A DNA stretch of 64,000 nt from the human T2T-CHM13v2.0 reference genome, Homo sapiens (GCF_009914755.1 NC_060927.1); one strand, 5' to 3'. Numbered from the stretch's first letter, positions 14,250-33,378 are shown. Numbers and translations are program-made. The notes: generated by a model from the sequence alone, not told the origin.

Positions 14250-15074
14250 GTTCAAAAAACTGATTTCAGAAAGTCTCAACTACCAAATGTTTTCAATATA
14301 TTAGTTTTGAGATGCTAGGATTATACTGTGATTCTTATGTTTATAGTAAAGTCTGGAAAGCAGAAGGATAGTTTTTTTAGCCTGGAAACTTATTTATGTT
14401 GCCTTGGTGAGTCTTCTATCATTTTTTAAAAATTTAGCTTATTGAACTGTAAAATAGCTTTTCTAGTATGAGAGATGTTTTGAATTTAAAAAATGAAATG
14501 CAGTTTTTCAAAAATAAATTTCCTTTGGAAATTCTTGCATATCAATTTAGTAAGGTTTTATAAAATTTTACAATTTGATAAAGTATCACATCTAGAATTC
14601 ACTGTCTTCTTTTATCTGCTCTCAAGTTGGCATTGCATCACTGCCTGTGTCTTACACTGCACCAAATGTTACCTAATTGACCTAACTTTTTTTGTCTAAT
14701 ATCTTTCATTAAAAACAATTGGATTATTTAACCAGAAAAAAAATCTGGTAATAGAGATGTTGCTATCCTAGAATACTCTCTTGACAGTCTGTATGCCATG
14801 AAAACTTGCATAAGAAGGCAGCTGATTACGAAAAATTAATCATCATTGAATTTAGTATTACTAAACTCATAGCATTTGTCCAGATTTGTAAACACTATTG
14901 ATTCTAATGTGAAAGATGGAAAAGCAGTCCCAGAATTGGCTTAGCACAGAGACTCTAAATGATAGTAAAACAACATATTCAACTTTAATTCCTGTCTTAT
15001 TGTTAATGGGAAGTTAGTTATGGTTCTACTTAAATGTTGTAGAGAAAATAAGTATTACTAGTTTCTTCTCATAA

Positions 15075-15804
<730 letters not shown>

Positions 15805-16711
15805 CTAACAATTCAGATTTATAATTGAGTTGTCTGAAAGCTACCTTTTTCATTGTGAAAGTGCATATTAATGTGAAGAAAATATTCCTATTTGAGAACT
15901 TCAAATATGCATACACAAAGATGTTCCAGCTATTTTTATCTTCTTAAGTATGCATTCTACATGAGAACGTTTGGGTTGGTAGTAAAATAAATAGTAATAT
16001 CAAAATAGTTTATTATGTTTAAATTTCATTCTTTTGGAATACATAATTTTGAGTGATCATGTCTCCAACTACAGTTATTCAGGCACAAATTTTGGAGGTA
16101 CAAAGAATAAATAATATTCTTAAGGTAGTTTTTCCTTTTATCAGGGTTCTTCTAGAGTACTGGTCTCATTATTTTCTAAAGCAGTTTTTCTAAGGTGATA
16201 AACCGAACACATTACTTGCTATGTATTAAATTACTTGTACCACTAAATAATCAAATTCTAAGCTCTAACAGCTTAATTCTAAAATCATTGTCTGGTATAT
16301 TTGTGTTTTCAATTACTTTGTGTCTTTCACAGCTGCCAAACCCAGAAAGGTATGTTATGGTTATAGTTTATCTTCTATTTTTCCCTCTTGAACTACTCCC
16401 AAAGGAGGAAGAAGGATGCTCATTATATACTGCCTCATTTCTTTTTAAATTACCACTATAGTGCCGTAGAGTTATACCACTGCTTCTCATACTTATGTGC
16501 ACATTAGTCACCTTGGGATCTAGCTAAAATACAGATTCATTCAGTAGGTTTGGGGAGAGGCCTGAGAGTCTGAATTTTTAATAAGCTGCCAGGTGGTGGT
16601 GACAATGATTTGTGGACTACCCTGTGAATAGTAACTCGGCCTTAAGAGAACATTAACCAAAACCTTAAGCTGAGCAAACTACTGAGCAGCAAGTATTGAC
16701 AACATTTCAAG

Positions 16712-17012
<301 letters not shown>

Positions 17013-17115
17013 CATTTCAAGTTCTAAAAAAAGTTCAACGTATTTCTTTAAAAATCATGCAAAACAGCCCTCTTGTATAAACTAGAGTGGGGAAAAAAGA
17101 ACTTGAAATTGCACT

Positions 17116-17121
17116 TTTATT
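17116..17121 (-). terminator. Probable NPHP3 polyadenylation signal (second candidate 17205-17210)
   Basis: TTTATT on + = AATAAA on -, ~1.3 kb after the stop, followed by a U-rich tract on -. Confidence 0.65.
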
Positions 17122-17747
17122 TTAAAACAGTGAAGTGTGGCTATTACATATTTCACTTTTACAATCAATACATGTTAGGATCTTACAAGTATTAAATTGA
17201 TGATTTTATTATATATAAATACACAAATGGTCCAAAACAATATCTAAAATGTTGCAATATTTATAAAATCCATAAAAATATTTAATTTTCAGTATGAAAA
17301 TGGCATACTAATTTGAGTTTGAGGTAAATGAAGAGACAGATTTAGGCCATCTAAGAAGGAAGATAAAGGAGAATGTCATATCTATATTTTGGGAAAAGTC
17401 AAAGAATGCTAAAGAGCTTGACCTGTTACTGCATTAATGACTTCAGACATTATGCAGATACATATACTATATAGTAATAAATAATACACAATGTAGACAG
17501 AACAGAAAGCAGAGGGACTGGACCAATCTGCTCAAGGAAAAGGTAAAGAATTTTTTAAAGTGCAGCAATCAGGGATTCTTGTGACTAATGTGTTTCACTG
17601 AAGACAATTTGAATCGTTCATAAACATTAACCCTTTAATCCTTGAAACTTTCCTTTGAGGTAGAGAATTGGGCCAGACTACTGCTGAAAAGCAAGAGGAA
17701 TGGCAAGGCTAAAGTAGCTCTTGAGAGCTCAAAAGAATCATGGAATT

Positions 17748-18088
<341 letters not shown>

Positions 18089-18399
18089 TAACTACTCTGC
18101 CAGCTCTTGTTGAACAAAGACCAATCCGCTCTTTATGATTTGCTCCTCATGTCTTCTTATAATTCTAATGTGTCTACATCCTTGGATACCATATAATAGG
18201 AAAATTCTTTTAAACAACTAAAACAGACATAATCACAATTCCAACTTAATGTAATCCAATACAACTTCATACAAATAGCAGTTAAATCACACGTAGTAAA
18301 ATTTCGTACAACATTTTTTTAAAGTTTCAAATTCAAATGTTCCAAATGTTTAATTATTTTGTCTTAAGGTACATTTGCAAAGAATTCTAACTGCTGCTA

Positions 18400-18633
<234 letters not shown>

Positions 18634-19192
18634 TCAAAATGACCTTATGGGATACAGAAAAAGAAGCTGTAAATATTTGCCCATTTCCCCTCTTTTTCCA
18701 GTGTATTCACTCAAGCAGACCAGTAAAACAACACCCAAACTCTTCTCCTTTCTACCAGTATCAGTATTTTTGTGTCTCATATGGATATCATTAAAACCAT
18801 GTTGTAATAGAGGCAGTGAAATTGCTAAGCAAAGTTAGGTATTCTCTGCATCCTGAGAAAAATACAAATGAGCAAGCAAAAGTCAACATATACTTAATGG
18901 CAACTTCACTCTGGGGACAGCAAATTACCCATATTACTCCCAGAGCCAGATGTAGTATAAACCATCCTTCACTGTTTGCCATGATGCATACATATGCTCC
19001 TCTGCAAAATAGATCATGCAGGCTTCATTTCATTTCTGGATACTACTTCAGTACTTCTTGAAGTCAATCAGCAAAAAACAACCCCTCCCCACTCTAAGAA
19101 AAAACATTCAGTAATACATATTTTGTGCTATTCTAAGACAAAGCTACTTCGAATAAAAGAGGCTGTATAAGGAAAGTGAAAAAAATTCTTAC

Positions 19193-19308
19193 CTAAGCAC
19201 AGCTAAATTTTTCAGTGTTTCTCCAACTCGAGGATGCATCCGACCTAGGCTATCTTCATAAATCTTTAATGCTCTTTCATATAATGGCAAAGCTTCAACG
19301 TGTTTTTT
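19193..19308 (-). CDS. NPHP3: NPHP3 exon 26 ([11 protein letters not shown]...NLAVL)
   Basis: ataag|AAA ... TAG|gtaaga; 116 nt. Confidence 0.95.
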
Positions 19309-19858
19309 CTTATTAAAAAAAATGATAATGCTCATGCACACTGGGTTTCTGAAATTAATGTATTCTAGACTAAGCTAACCTACTTTGATTAGTACTTTAA
19401 AATGTTAATATCCTCCTAAAAGATGGGAATAAACAGATTAACTTATGAATAATCATAGGAGAAGCAGTATAATAGAAAGTCAGATACTTAAGATTTAGAC
19501 CTGGCTTGGTAACCATTTGACCATAATCCAATACTGTAAGCACAAACCTGTTCCTTTATTGCCCAATGGCTCCCCCACCTGATTCTCACCCATCATAATC
19601 AAATGCCACAGGCTTAAATACTTAAATAAATATTATATGGAGGGATGTAGGGTATCTCCAGAATTTTAGAAACTAAGCCTATGCTCTGAACTAACAGTGT
19701 TTTACACTAAGAGGAAGGGACCTTCATACAAGTCTAACTTCAATAGTTTCTCAAGTACTAAAGGAAGTATTAGAAATATCCTTAAATTGTCTTTCATTCT
19801 ATTTAGTGTTCCCTATCTAATTCATGTTTACCTATGTTTTATACCATAAAATCATTCA

Positions 19859-20014
<156 letters not shown>

Positions 20015-21030
20015 CTAAAAAACAAGAGTTAAATCTAACAAAAATATAAGGCAATAAATACTATCTTATCAGAGCTTTTTCCATAAGTAAAATTTCATAT
20101 TAAAGGGTAATTTTGAGGGAAAAAAATCTCAGAAGCATTTCCTATCAGCTTAATGATTAAGTTTATAGATAACTGAAAATTTAAAGCTACACTGTATAGA
20201 AAAGCATTTTTGATAATTCAGAAAACCCTTTAGGATCATCCACTATTACTGTTTCTAGTGTAGTAAAAACATATCAGCTGAAGTAGATTTACTATTGCAC
20301 ATAATTTGGAGACTGCATCAAAATAAAAAGCTCATTTCTTGCCAAATCCCTTCCAGATTTTTCTAACTACTTCACTTCACCTGAAAGTTGGGCAGAAATA
20401 GCAGCAATGTACCCTTCTTACTAAACAACTTTGGTGTCAGGATGACCAGTAATGGACCCACAAAGTCTAAAGACAGTCTACAAAGCTCTGTAACTATGCT
20501 AAATGAAAGCAGGCTTCCCTGGAATTTTTTCTTTTTTGAGAACAGCTATAAAAATCCCAAATATCACTCAGTATAGAACCCTATGGCAAACAATGGTTAC
20601 ATTTAATTACAGGCAAAGCCAAGAAAGAACGAAATAAAAATGTTCATTTAATCAACTACAAAGACATCTCCTGATTTCTTATGTTTATGTTGCTTTACAC
20701 AGCAAACTTAATATTGGTGGAATTTTAGAACTTCTGAAATGTAAAATAAGTTTGAATTAGAATGCTAATAAATGCATTTGTACTTGGAATGTATTTAACA
20801 AAACAAACCCAGCATATTAATTTACTAGTATATTATTTCAGAATCAAGAATCAATGTAACCAGTTCAGTATAAAATAATTATTTTTAAATGTTCTGCTCA
20901 GTTACTTGTTAAAAGTTAAATCATGATTTTTAAAGCTCATATAAACTAACCTGTCCCTCATAAAGACAAATTATTTTGCTGATAGTAGTTATGGCTTAAC
21001 TGATATGTTATAAAACATGTAAGAATGTCA

Positions 21031-21312
<282 letters not shown>

Positions 21313-21682
21313 CTATCTATTTTCTAGAGTTTGGAATCCTGACCCCTAAATTAAGTGGAGAACTGACTCATCTTTATTCTTAGATTCTAGTTAAAATAAG
21401 AGATTCAGCTCAAAATCTTACTTTCCCCCTCTTCCCCACCCCTATCTCTTCCTGCCCTTTTCCTGACAGTTTGAGGGCCTAAAATGTGTGGATGATTGCC
21501 TCAATTCTCCACTTCTGAAAGAAAAACTGATAGATATTTTCCAAAACAAACTTTTATACTTTAAAAATTATTAGACCTAGGTCCAATAAAAGATTTTTGT
21601 ATTCACTCTTCCTCCCTTTGGAGTTAGTACTAAATAATTTTTATTTCTTTATTTTGTTTTTTTGTATGTGTGCGTGTGTGTA

Positions 21683-21905
21683 ACCTTGAACTCCTAGGCT
21701 CAAGTGATCCTCCCACCTTAGCCTCTCAAGTAGCTGGGTCTACAGGTGTGTACCACCATGTCTGGCTAATTTATTAATTTTTTTTGTAGAGACAGGGTCT
21801 CACTATGTTGCCCAGGCTGGTCTTGAATTCCTGGCTTCAAGTGATCCTAATGCCTCAGCCTCCTAAAGCTCTGGGATTACAGGCATGAGCTATCATGCCC
21901 AGCCA
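21683..21905 (-). mobile_element. Partial Alu
   Basis: Alu consensus match. Confidence 0.85.
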
Positions 21906-22258
21906 GTACTAAATAATTTTTAACAAAAGAATAAATCATTATTTTTTATATAAGTTTCTGTAAGTGGGCTACAGATTTATTATACTTTTCTGACATCCAA
22001 AGTTTCAAATTTGTTATATTTTTCTGATATATGAAGTCCAAAAATACTTTTTATAACATATAAATATAAATGTCATTTTGAATCCTTTTGCCCAAATAAA
22101 CTGACAAAACTAGAAACCGTCTACATTATTTACCATTAGTCCCAAGCTGCTGCTTCTGTGAGATCTTATGCACAATATCTACACAAACTCACTTTTCATA
22201 AATATATAAAATACACCAGGGAAGCTACAGAATAACTTTTCAGTTAAGAAACAATGTG

Positions 22259-22551
22259 GGCCAGGCGTGGTGGCTCACGCCTGTAATCCTAGCACTTTGG
22301 GAAGCCAAGGCGGGCAGATCACGAGGTCAGGAGATCGAGACCATCCTGGCTAACACAGTGAAACCCTGTCTCTACTAAAAATGCAAAAAATTAGTCGGGC
22401 GTGGTGGCATGCGCCTGTAGTCCCAGTTACTCAGGAGGCTGAGGCAGGAGAATAGCTTGAATGGGAGGTGGAGGTTGCAGTGAGCCGAGATCACACCACT
22501 GCACTCCAGCCTGGGCAACAGAGCGAGACTCCGTCTCAAAAAAAAAAAAAA
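22259..22551 (+). mobile_element. Alu (Sc/Y-like)
   Basis: Full dimer with A-tail. Confidence 0.93.
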
Positions 22552-22747
22552 GAGTGTGAAAAGAAACACAGTAGAGAAAATGCCATGGTCTTTAGGTATG
22601 TGTATGCTCATTATATAACATCATACATGAAATTTTGCGTGGTTTTTATCATTTTTTTTCTAGCTTTAGACTTGACAAAAATGTAAAACAGCATTGCATC
22701 AAAGAGAAAATGGTTAATTATTTTCATTATTAACCCCATGGTACTCA

Positions 22748-22990
<243 letters not shown>

Positions 22991-23609
22991 CTATTATTTT
23001 AAGCATCACACTAAATTAACTTGATGATTACAAATACAAATATTTCCACATGGCAACACATTCTAAAATTCATTAAAAACTATTTCATGAAAATGATTAT
23101 ATTTTAGAAAGTAAACTATATCTCAAAGTGCTTCAAGAAATAATAGAATATAATTAATTTGCAGATATTTATCAACCCCATAGGTAAACACATAAACATC
23201 AGGTCCATAAAAATGCACACAGCATTTTAAATTAAAGAAATATGCTACATTTAGATTTTATCAGCAACTTAAAAAAATTAAAATAACTTTTATTGTGTAT
23301 TTGAGGGGAAGGCTTTCTTCACATTTGAACATAACACAAAATGTTAACTAAATTTATTTTATTCCTTTTTCCAACCCTTTAAAGAACTGAGGTAGCTTTA
23401 AATTCCGTCTTTCAAAATCTAACCTTCAAATGAATTTAGAGTTCCACTTTTTAAAGTCTAAATTGTACTTCTCAGTAATATGATATTTTAACACATAAAT
23501 AAGAAAATGTTAAGTAGTTCTCTTCTAAAAAACTAGAAGATTTTAAAATCTAAAGCTCTTAAACATGTGGGGTGTATGCATTTATGATGCTCTTTTCCTC
23601 TTACGTTCA

Positions 23610-23756
<147 letters not shown>

Positions 23757-24319
23757 TCAAAGTATACTTCAGTGAAATGAAAGCACTCTTTTCATAGTGT
23801 AAAGTCTTTTTGGGCTATTAAATACAGCATTTTTTCTAGAAATGATAGTCATGACATTAAGAATCTCTAAAAACCCTTTCATAAAACAAAATATGACAAA
23901 ACACTAAGATATCTTAGTCTATCATGGATGTTTTTCTAATAAAAAGTTCTGTTCAATTAAAAAAATTTTGACAAAACAAAGCAAGTCTAGTCCTTTAAGT
24001 AGCTGACATCTGATCATCTTTAACTAATTTAACTCATCCTAAGTCTCTGAAGGGCAACCTAACTAAATGAAAAGTCAAAATTTCAGTTTTCTATAGCACA
24101 CTAATAATTTTTAATTAACAACTTTTTCTGCACAGGCTAATTTCTGGTCAAGTTTAAATGTGAAATTCACACAAAATTTGTACGAAGCAATACTTCTATA
24201 AGTTAAAAAATTCCATTATGTATCACTTATGATAGAGCAAAAGAAATAATTTTTAATAGAGGAAGAGATGCCATTCATTGGGTGCCTGATAGATAAGAAA
24301 GACTTTTTATTATACCAGA

Positions 24320-24523
24320 GATTGGCTTTTTCTATAACGGGCTAGAGAGTTAATATTTTAGGCTTTGTGGGCCGTGTGCTTTCTGTTCCAAGTGAGGAAC
24401 TCCGCCACTGAAGCACAGAAGCAACCATGGATAATATATACATGAAAAAAATTTGGCTGTGTTCCCTTTAAACCTTATTTACACAACTGGACTTGGCCTA
24501 TGGGCAATGGTTTGCTGGCCCCA
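24320..24523. mobile_element. MER58A-like MITE
   Basis: aatattttaggctttgtgggcc...ggcctatgggcaatggtttgctggcccc. Confidence 0.65.
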
Positions 24524-24525
24524 TA

Positions 24526-24874
24526 AAGGTTGAACATCCCTAATCTGAAAACCCAAATTCTGAAATGCTCCAAAATCAGAAGCTTTTTGAGTGCTGTCAT
24601 GATGCCACAAGTGGAAAATTCTGCACCTGACCTCAAGTGATGGGTCAACTCAAGCCACAGTCAAAACTGTGTTTTATGCACAAATTAAAACTAGTACACA
24701 AAATTACTTTCAGGCTATGTGTATAAGGTGTATATGAAAAATACATTTCATGTTTAGACTTGGGTCCCATCCCCAAGATATCTCATTATATATATGCAAA
24801 TATTCTGAAATCTGAACAAATCCAAAATCCTGAACATTTCTGGTTCCACATTTGGATAAAGGATACTAAACCTA
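24526..24874. mobile_element. Tigger4b/Zombi-like DNA transposon
   Basis: TIRs aggttgaacatcc.../ggatactaaacct with TA flanks; aaatgctccaaaatc core. Confidence 0.8.
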
Positions 24875-25138
24875 TATTAGTAAAGCACTCAAAGTTAGTC
24901 AGTGAATGAGCCAGGATTCAAACCCAAGACTATATGACTCGAAAGTCCATGTTCTATCCTTCATGCATCTTCAAACAGAGATGAATCTTATAGTTCTCAT
25001 TTTCTCTGTTTACCACATGAAGACTAGGCACAGGGTAAGGAAAAGTACACAGTGATAAAACAAAGCTTACCCTATAAGTACACTAAAACTGTAATCCCCC
25101 TGCATAAAATCAGGTATTACTGATCTAAAAAAATCTTA

Positions 25139-25408
<270 letters not shown>

Positions 25409-25488
25409 TTAAAGTGAGTGAAATGCTGCAAGATCTGTCATCTGATTAAATATTAAGGATTATAGCACAACAAATGAAAACCACATTA

Positions 25489-25758
<270 letters not shown>

Positions 25759-27017
25759 TCAACAAATAACAGTACTTTAATGAAAAACACACTTTAAAAT
25801 CCATTACAGAATCAAAACTCCAGAATTAATATCAAGTTATTGACAATTTATTAGTAGGCGAGTACTGTGTAATGAGGTAAGACTCAGACCACTCACTATC
25901 TGAATTCCACCACTATCCTAGCTATGTAATCTTGAGCAGGTTATCTGACCTCTTAGACCTCATCACCTTCATCTGCAGAAATGGAGACACTACCTGCCTC
26001 AGCTGGTACTGTAGGGGGATTATGGCACACAGTAAGTACTCCACGGTGTTGGCTGTTATCCTTAATACCATCATGGCTACTTACCAATGGGAATCTATCT
26101 GAATCCTTTTTACACATTTCACAATATGGAGCCAACCACTGAGTTCACTCCCAAAATTATTTTAAGTATGGAAATTCAAAGAGAAGAAACTAATAAAAAA
26201 TAAACTGTCACAGGGTATCTACTTTGTATTTTCATCAAGAAATTGAATGACAAAAGTAAGCTTATTCATCTGTAGGCGATCTTAAGTAGTATGGGGCTGG
26301 TAAACTAAAAAATATCTGATTTCAAAGGAATCATGAAAAATTGGAATGGAGATCAGAAATAAGAGATGCAACAAATTTGAGAGAGTTTATGTAGGAGCAA
26401 AATAAATTATGATACTTATTGTATAAGAAATGTCTAAATCTCTAAGTAAGGCAGAAAAAAACCCTCATGAAGCTTAGTAGGTTAGACAGTTGCCTCATAA
26501 AAAGGTAGTTCTGCCACTGACAAACTATAACATATCAAAAGAGACAAACAGAATACATTTTTGAATTAGGGTAATTCTTTCTTTAAATTCAACACCAGAC
26601 ATAGAAAGTAAACAAACAAACAAAAACAAATAAATTCAACACCAGACAGATTCTACTTGGACCCGAGTCTGGTTTGAAGGCTACGCTTTCAGATATCTGA
26701 AGGCCCAAAGAAGCAGACATTACGAACCACCTCTCTGAGTGGTTTAAATTTAGACATGCTTAAATGTAAGCATAAGATAAAAAGTTGAACCGAAATCATT
26801 CCAGCTCTGATTTCATAAAGCAGCAGTACTCTATGTTTTCCTCTTGGGAAAAGCAGATCTAATAGAGATTTGTAAATTGTCTCAAGATTTCTCCTACACT
26901 ATTTGTATTTCAGATACTTAGACTAATTTTTAAATTAAAAATACCATTTTTTCTTTGTTAAACTGAACAACTTTAAATCTCTCTTTCTGGGGAAAGATGT
27001 TCTATAATGTTTCTTAC

Positions 27018-27140
27018 CTTTTATAAAGGTTTTGAGACACAAAGAGATTAAGAAGGCAATCATGCAGCTTCTGTTTACTTCCCTGCTGCTGAAAAAGCCA
27101 CGGGAGTTCATCTGCACTTCTCCAAGTCACTCTGTCCTGA
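27018..27140 (-). CDS. NPHP3: NPHP3 exon 19 ([14 protein letters not shown]...NLYKR)
   Basis: gatag|T ... AAG|gtaaga; 123 nt. Confidence 0.95.
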
Positions 27141-27608
27141 CTATCAAAAGAGAGGAGACAATATTCAATATCTTCCTACAATGAGACTGCTTCAAAAAGG
27201 CTTCAGGCAAATGTCAAAGGAAGAAAAATATTTAACATATATCTCTGATTCTTTAAGTATAATTTAATACTAAAAAAGTTAGGTCAAAATCAGAGACTTT
27301 ACCAATCTAAGAAAATAAATTCAGTGATATGCAGAACCATCAACCAAACTCTAAAAGTATTTTCCTAAAATTGAACTATTTAAAAAAACACTCAATGGAC
27401 CCGTATATACACATACAGATACATGGACACAAACTATTGGAATAAAATAAAAATAATAAAATGATCCTACATTGATTTTCCTTGTTTAAACTTTTAGCAT
27501 AATATTAAAAGACAAAATCATCTTTTGCTCTTTTGACATTAACAGAATAGGGAGAGGATTTAATCTTTTTTGTAATAATTAAGTTTTTGTACTTTAAGTT
27601 GTAAGCTA

Positions 27609-27776
<168 letters not shown>

Positions 27777-28436
27777 CTAGGGAGAAAAAGAAGAAATACT
27801 GAGTTCTATTTCACGTAAGTCACTGTACATCTAACAAGAGATTTGCAAAAAAGAATTTATAATTATTCCTATTTTATAGCTGTATAATAGAAATGTCACT
27901 TAAATGTTTTTAAATTTAGGACATATTTATTTGATAAACTGTTACTAGAATAAAAATTTCTGTACTAATATTTATAAGCTCAAAACACAATTTAATTCAA
28001 ACTTTAGTTAATACATTAAAAATCTCAGAAGTGTGGAATGAAAAGTTACTAAAAAGAATAAATTATATTCAAACAATACACAATAAAGAAAGGAAAAAGG
28101 CTGTGAAATTGCAAACATTTCACATCTACAAATATGATACAGCATACTCAAATGTAAGACTTCATTTACAATTGTATATATATATAAATCAACCATGGCA
28201 TTGCAGATGATAGGAATTATTTTAGCCAAAACTTCCTAAAGATTTACTTCTATGTGCTAAACATCTTTCTAGTACCTCACAAGGACCAAGAACCACCTCA
28301 ATTAATTTGCTTCACAACCCCTTTCATAAACTGCCAAAGTCCGCCTGGGGCTTAGATCTTGCCCAAGTTTAGATAGGCATTAATCCATGAAAAGGAGGCT
28401 GACTGGCTTACAGAGTCCAAACTCTTAATACATATA

Positions 28437-28802
28437 CAGTCATGTGCACATAACAATGTTTTGGTCAACAACAAACTGCATACATGATGATGATCCTATA
28501 AAATTATAATGAAGCTGCCCTATACAGGCATACCGTTTTAAAACTTTCATACCACATTTTTACTGTAACTTTTCTGTATTTAGATACACAAATACTTACA
28601 GTTACACACAGTATTCAGTACAGTAATATGCTGTGCAGGTTTGTAGCCTGGGAGCAATAGGCCATACCATATAGCCTCCATGTGTGGTAGGCTGTACCAT
28701 CTAGATTTGTGTAAGTACGCTCTACAATGCTCACACAATGATACAATCACCTAATGATGTGTTTCTCAGAACATATCCCCATTGTTAAGCAATGCATGAC
28801 TG
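28437..28802. mobile_element. Tigger3/MER7 (Golem)-like DNA transposon
   Basis: TIR CAGTCATG...CATGACTG flanked by TA on both sides. Confidence 0.85.
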
Positions 28803-29131
28803 TATAATAATACCGCAATTCAATGAAACATAATTGAAAAAGACTTTTTTTCTCTTCAAGAAATAAACTACCTTTAAGAAACTTTTTTTGATCTTTTGTG
28901 TCTGACTTATTTTTTAATTTTAAAAATTGTATTGTGGTAAGACCACTTAACGTGAGATCTACCCTCTTAATAAATTTTTAAGTGTACTACAGTATTGTTA
29001 ACTATAGGGACAATGTTGTATAGCAGATCTTTAGAATTTATTCCTTTGGCAGAAATAATCTTGCCACTGCACTCCAGCCTGGGTGACAGAGAAGACCCTG
29101 TTTCTTAAATAAATAAATAAAAAGATGCCTA

Positions 29132-29308
<177 letters not shown>

Positions 29309-30081
29309 CTAGGTAGAAAAACAAATTAACAGTAATCATAAAGCACCTGTATAAGTAACTAACGGCCATTAAAAGTTCCATAATTCTTTTAAGGCTATTT
29401 CTTTTTACCAAAACTTATAATTCAAATGATTTAATAAATCAAGAAACAGATTTATTAAAACACACTGTCCAAAAGACATTAATGAAGATTAAGATAGTGT
29501 ATATATAAAATCTAGCACACCAAAGATAACACTCTTACAGAAAAAAGTACAGTGAAAATTAAAACTGCATAAAATGTATTATTATAATTAATGGCAGAAT
29601 TCCAATTCCAGGAAGACAGTGGAAGAAAATAGCCCTCCTATTATAAACACGTATGAATATCAGACACATTTCTAAAAGCACAGTTTTTAGATAAATAAAG
29701 GGAAATCCTCCAACTGCCAAAAATGAATAGGAAATTGAAGTCAGAGTGTAAAGGGCTGGAACTGCTGGCTATGGGGGCAGTGGAGCTAGAGGACAGGCAG
29801 CATCCCCCAGTAAGAGCTCAGGTTTTCACAGCCACAGTGGGATGGAAGGTGAGCCCTTAAGCTGTGTGAGGCAAGGAGGTAGAATTAGATTTCTTGTCAA
29901 CACCAGGATCTTTGAAGGGCTTTGAAGGACCTTCACCCTCAGTGAAGGGGTGCATGAGAAAAACATTAGCCCACAGACGTGGAGAGAATACGAGGAAGCT
30001 TGTGGGCTTGGAGTGGGCTGAGAAGTCCAAACCCTGGGAACCACCAAGCTGAAAAGTTAACATAAAAATAGATCCAGGTTC

Positions 30082-31180
<1,099 letters not shown>

Positions 31181-31314
31181 ACTATGGCTATCAGCATTCC
31201 TGCATATGCCTGAAACATATTTAAGCACAAATTTTAAAAGAATTGTTATTTATTTCCATTCACACACACACAAAGCAAACTAACATTCCTTTTTATAAGT
31301 TTATTACATTCTAC

Positions 31315-31453
31315 CTGCTTCATTAGCTCTTTATCCACATCATTTGCCATGGACTCCCGGATAGAGTGCAGAACAAGTCTATATAATGAAAGAGTATCTT
31401 GACACTGGAAACACTGATGAAGGATTTTATCTAAATTGCCTGCTCTCCCAGCA
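31315..31453 (-). CDS. NPHP3: NPHP3 exon 16 (AGRAGNLDK...KELMKQ)
   Basis: aacag|T ... CAG|gtagaa; 139 nt. Confidence 0.95.
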
Positions 31454-32139
31454 CTGTTGGAATCGAGAAGAGATTTAATTTCTTACAGATTGCCAACATC
31501 TGTGAAAATTTTGAGATCGATTAAAAACAACGTGAACTCTATTTTTTGTACTGCAACCAATAACAAATTCAATAAAACATGATACAGGAAAGTGGTAGTT
31601 TTATGGGGCTGCTAGAGTCATTGGGTTTATTTTACTATATATAATTTAATTCAGTGCAATAAACATGCTGAAATCTATTATTTGTTAAGCAATTACTATG
31701 CATTATGGAACATAAAAATGAGTCAGACACGGTTCTTATTATCCAGAAGCATGCCACCTACATACAGGAAGCAGGGAAACGATGATAAGTATTGTTAGTT
31801 AGCCATGCAAATTAAATTTGTGTGGAGCCAGAATTTTGAAAACACAAGGCTAAAGAAAATCATTAAATAGGGGGGTATGTTTTAAAAGATTACACAATAT
31901 TTACCAGTTTTTAAAAATAATATAAAGATGTACAAAGAGAAAAAACAAAGGGTCCATAGTCTCTTTAAAATAGGTACTTTCAAAAATAAAAACAGTAAAA
32001 TACTTTCAATGAACATTATTAAATGTATGAAAAATTACTCACACTCTTGAATCATACTCATTGTATCACTGATGTTCACAGAGGCCAGATGTGTTGCCAC
32101 AACTAACAGTGGAAAAGGACAGTGGAAATATCACAGGCA

Positions 32140-32440
32140 GGCTGGGTACAGTGGCTCACATGCTGTAATCCCAGCACTTTGGGAGGCTAAGCAGGTGGAT
32201 TGCTTGAGCCCAGGAGTTCAAGACCAGCCTGGCAATCATGGCAAAACCCCGCTTATACTAAAAATACAAAAATAAGCCAGGCATGGTGGTGTGCTCTTGT
32301 AGTCCCAGCTACTCAAGAGGCTGAGGTGGGAGGATCGCTTGAGTCTGGGAGGCAGAAGTTACAGTGAGCCGAGATCAAGCCTCTGCTCTCCAGCCTGGGC
32401 AACAGAGAGTGAGACACTGTCTCAAAAACAAAAACAAAGA
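32140..32440 (+). mobile_element. AluJ-like element
   Basis: Full dimer. Confidence 0.92.
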
Positions 32441-33216
32441 TGAAATATCATGGGCAATGTAAAGTTTCAGAAGATTTTTTTATTTCAAATTTGGTTCTCA
32501 AGATGAGAACATGGAATAAAGAGACAAGAAGTACTAGATTCGGTGTCTGGAAATATGTGTGCTAGAATTGCCATCTATTGCAATGAATAACAAAAAATGT
32601 ATTAATCTTTTTTTTTTTTACCTCAGATTGAGAAAAGACAAAGTAGAGTGATGCTATACTGAAGAAGAAATAAAAGTAGTAAAACATTCTAACGGTTGAG
32701 AATAGATAGAATAGGGTAAAGCTATACTGAGGAAATAAAAGTAGTGATACTCTAATGCTTATCTAAAGGCAGATTACTAATGGATATCTAAAATAGAACT
32801 ATTTTATAATTAAAAAGTTTATCAGGACTTGAGAACAGAGACAATTAAAAATTCATATCCATATATCTACCTCCTGATATTCAAAGATACCTGAAATAAT
32901 ATTGTAACCCTCAGTTGTTTCCTTCACTTTCCCAAAGCTAGGGGCCACAAATGAGGGTGAGGATGGCTTTCTTTTGCAACCTCCAATAGGGAACAGATTA
33001 GTGTGAAGAAAATTAGACAAATCTATCAAGTTCTGACAATCATGGACAGTAGGCACCTGTAAGCCACGTTCTCACAAATGTTAGTATCACTATTCAAATA
33101 AAATCTGAGTGGCTCAACAGACTGGTGTAGTGATCAGTTCTCAGTTTTGCAGGGTGAGAAAGGGTCTGCAGCAAACACAAAACATGCAGAAGATCATGTA
33201 AAATAATCACCACTCA

Positions 33217-33378
<162 letters not shown>

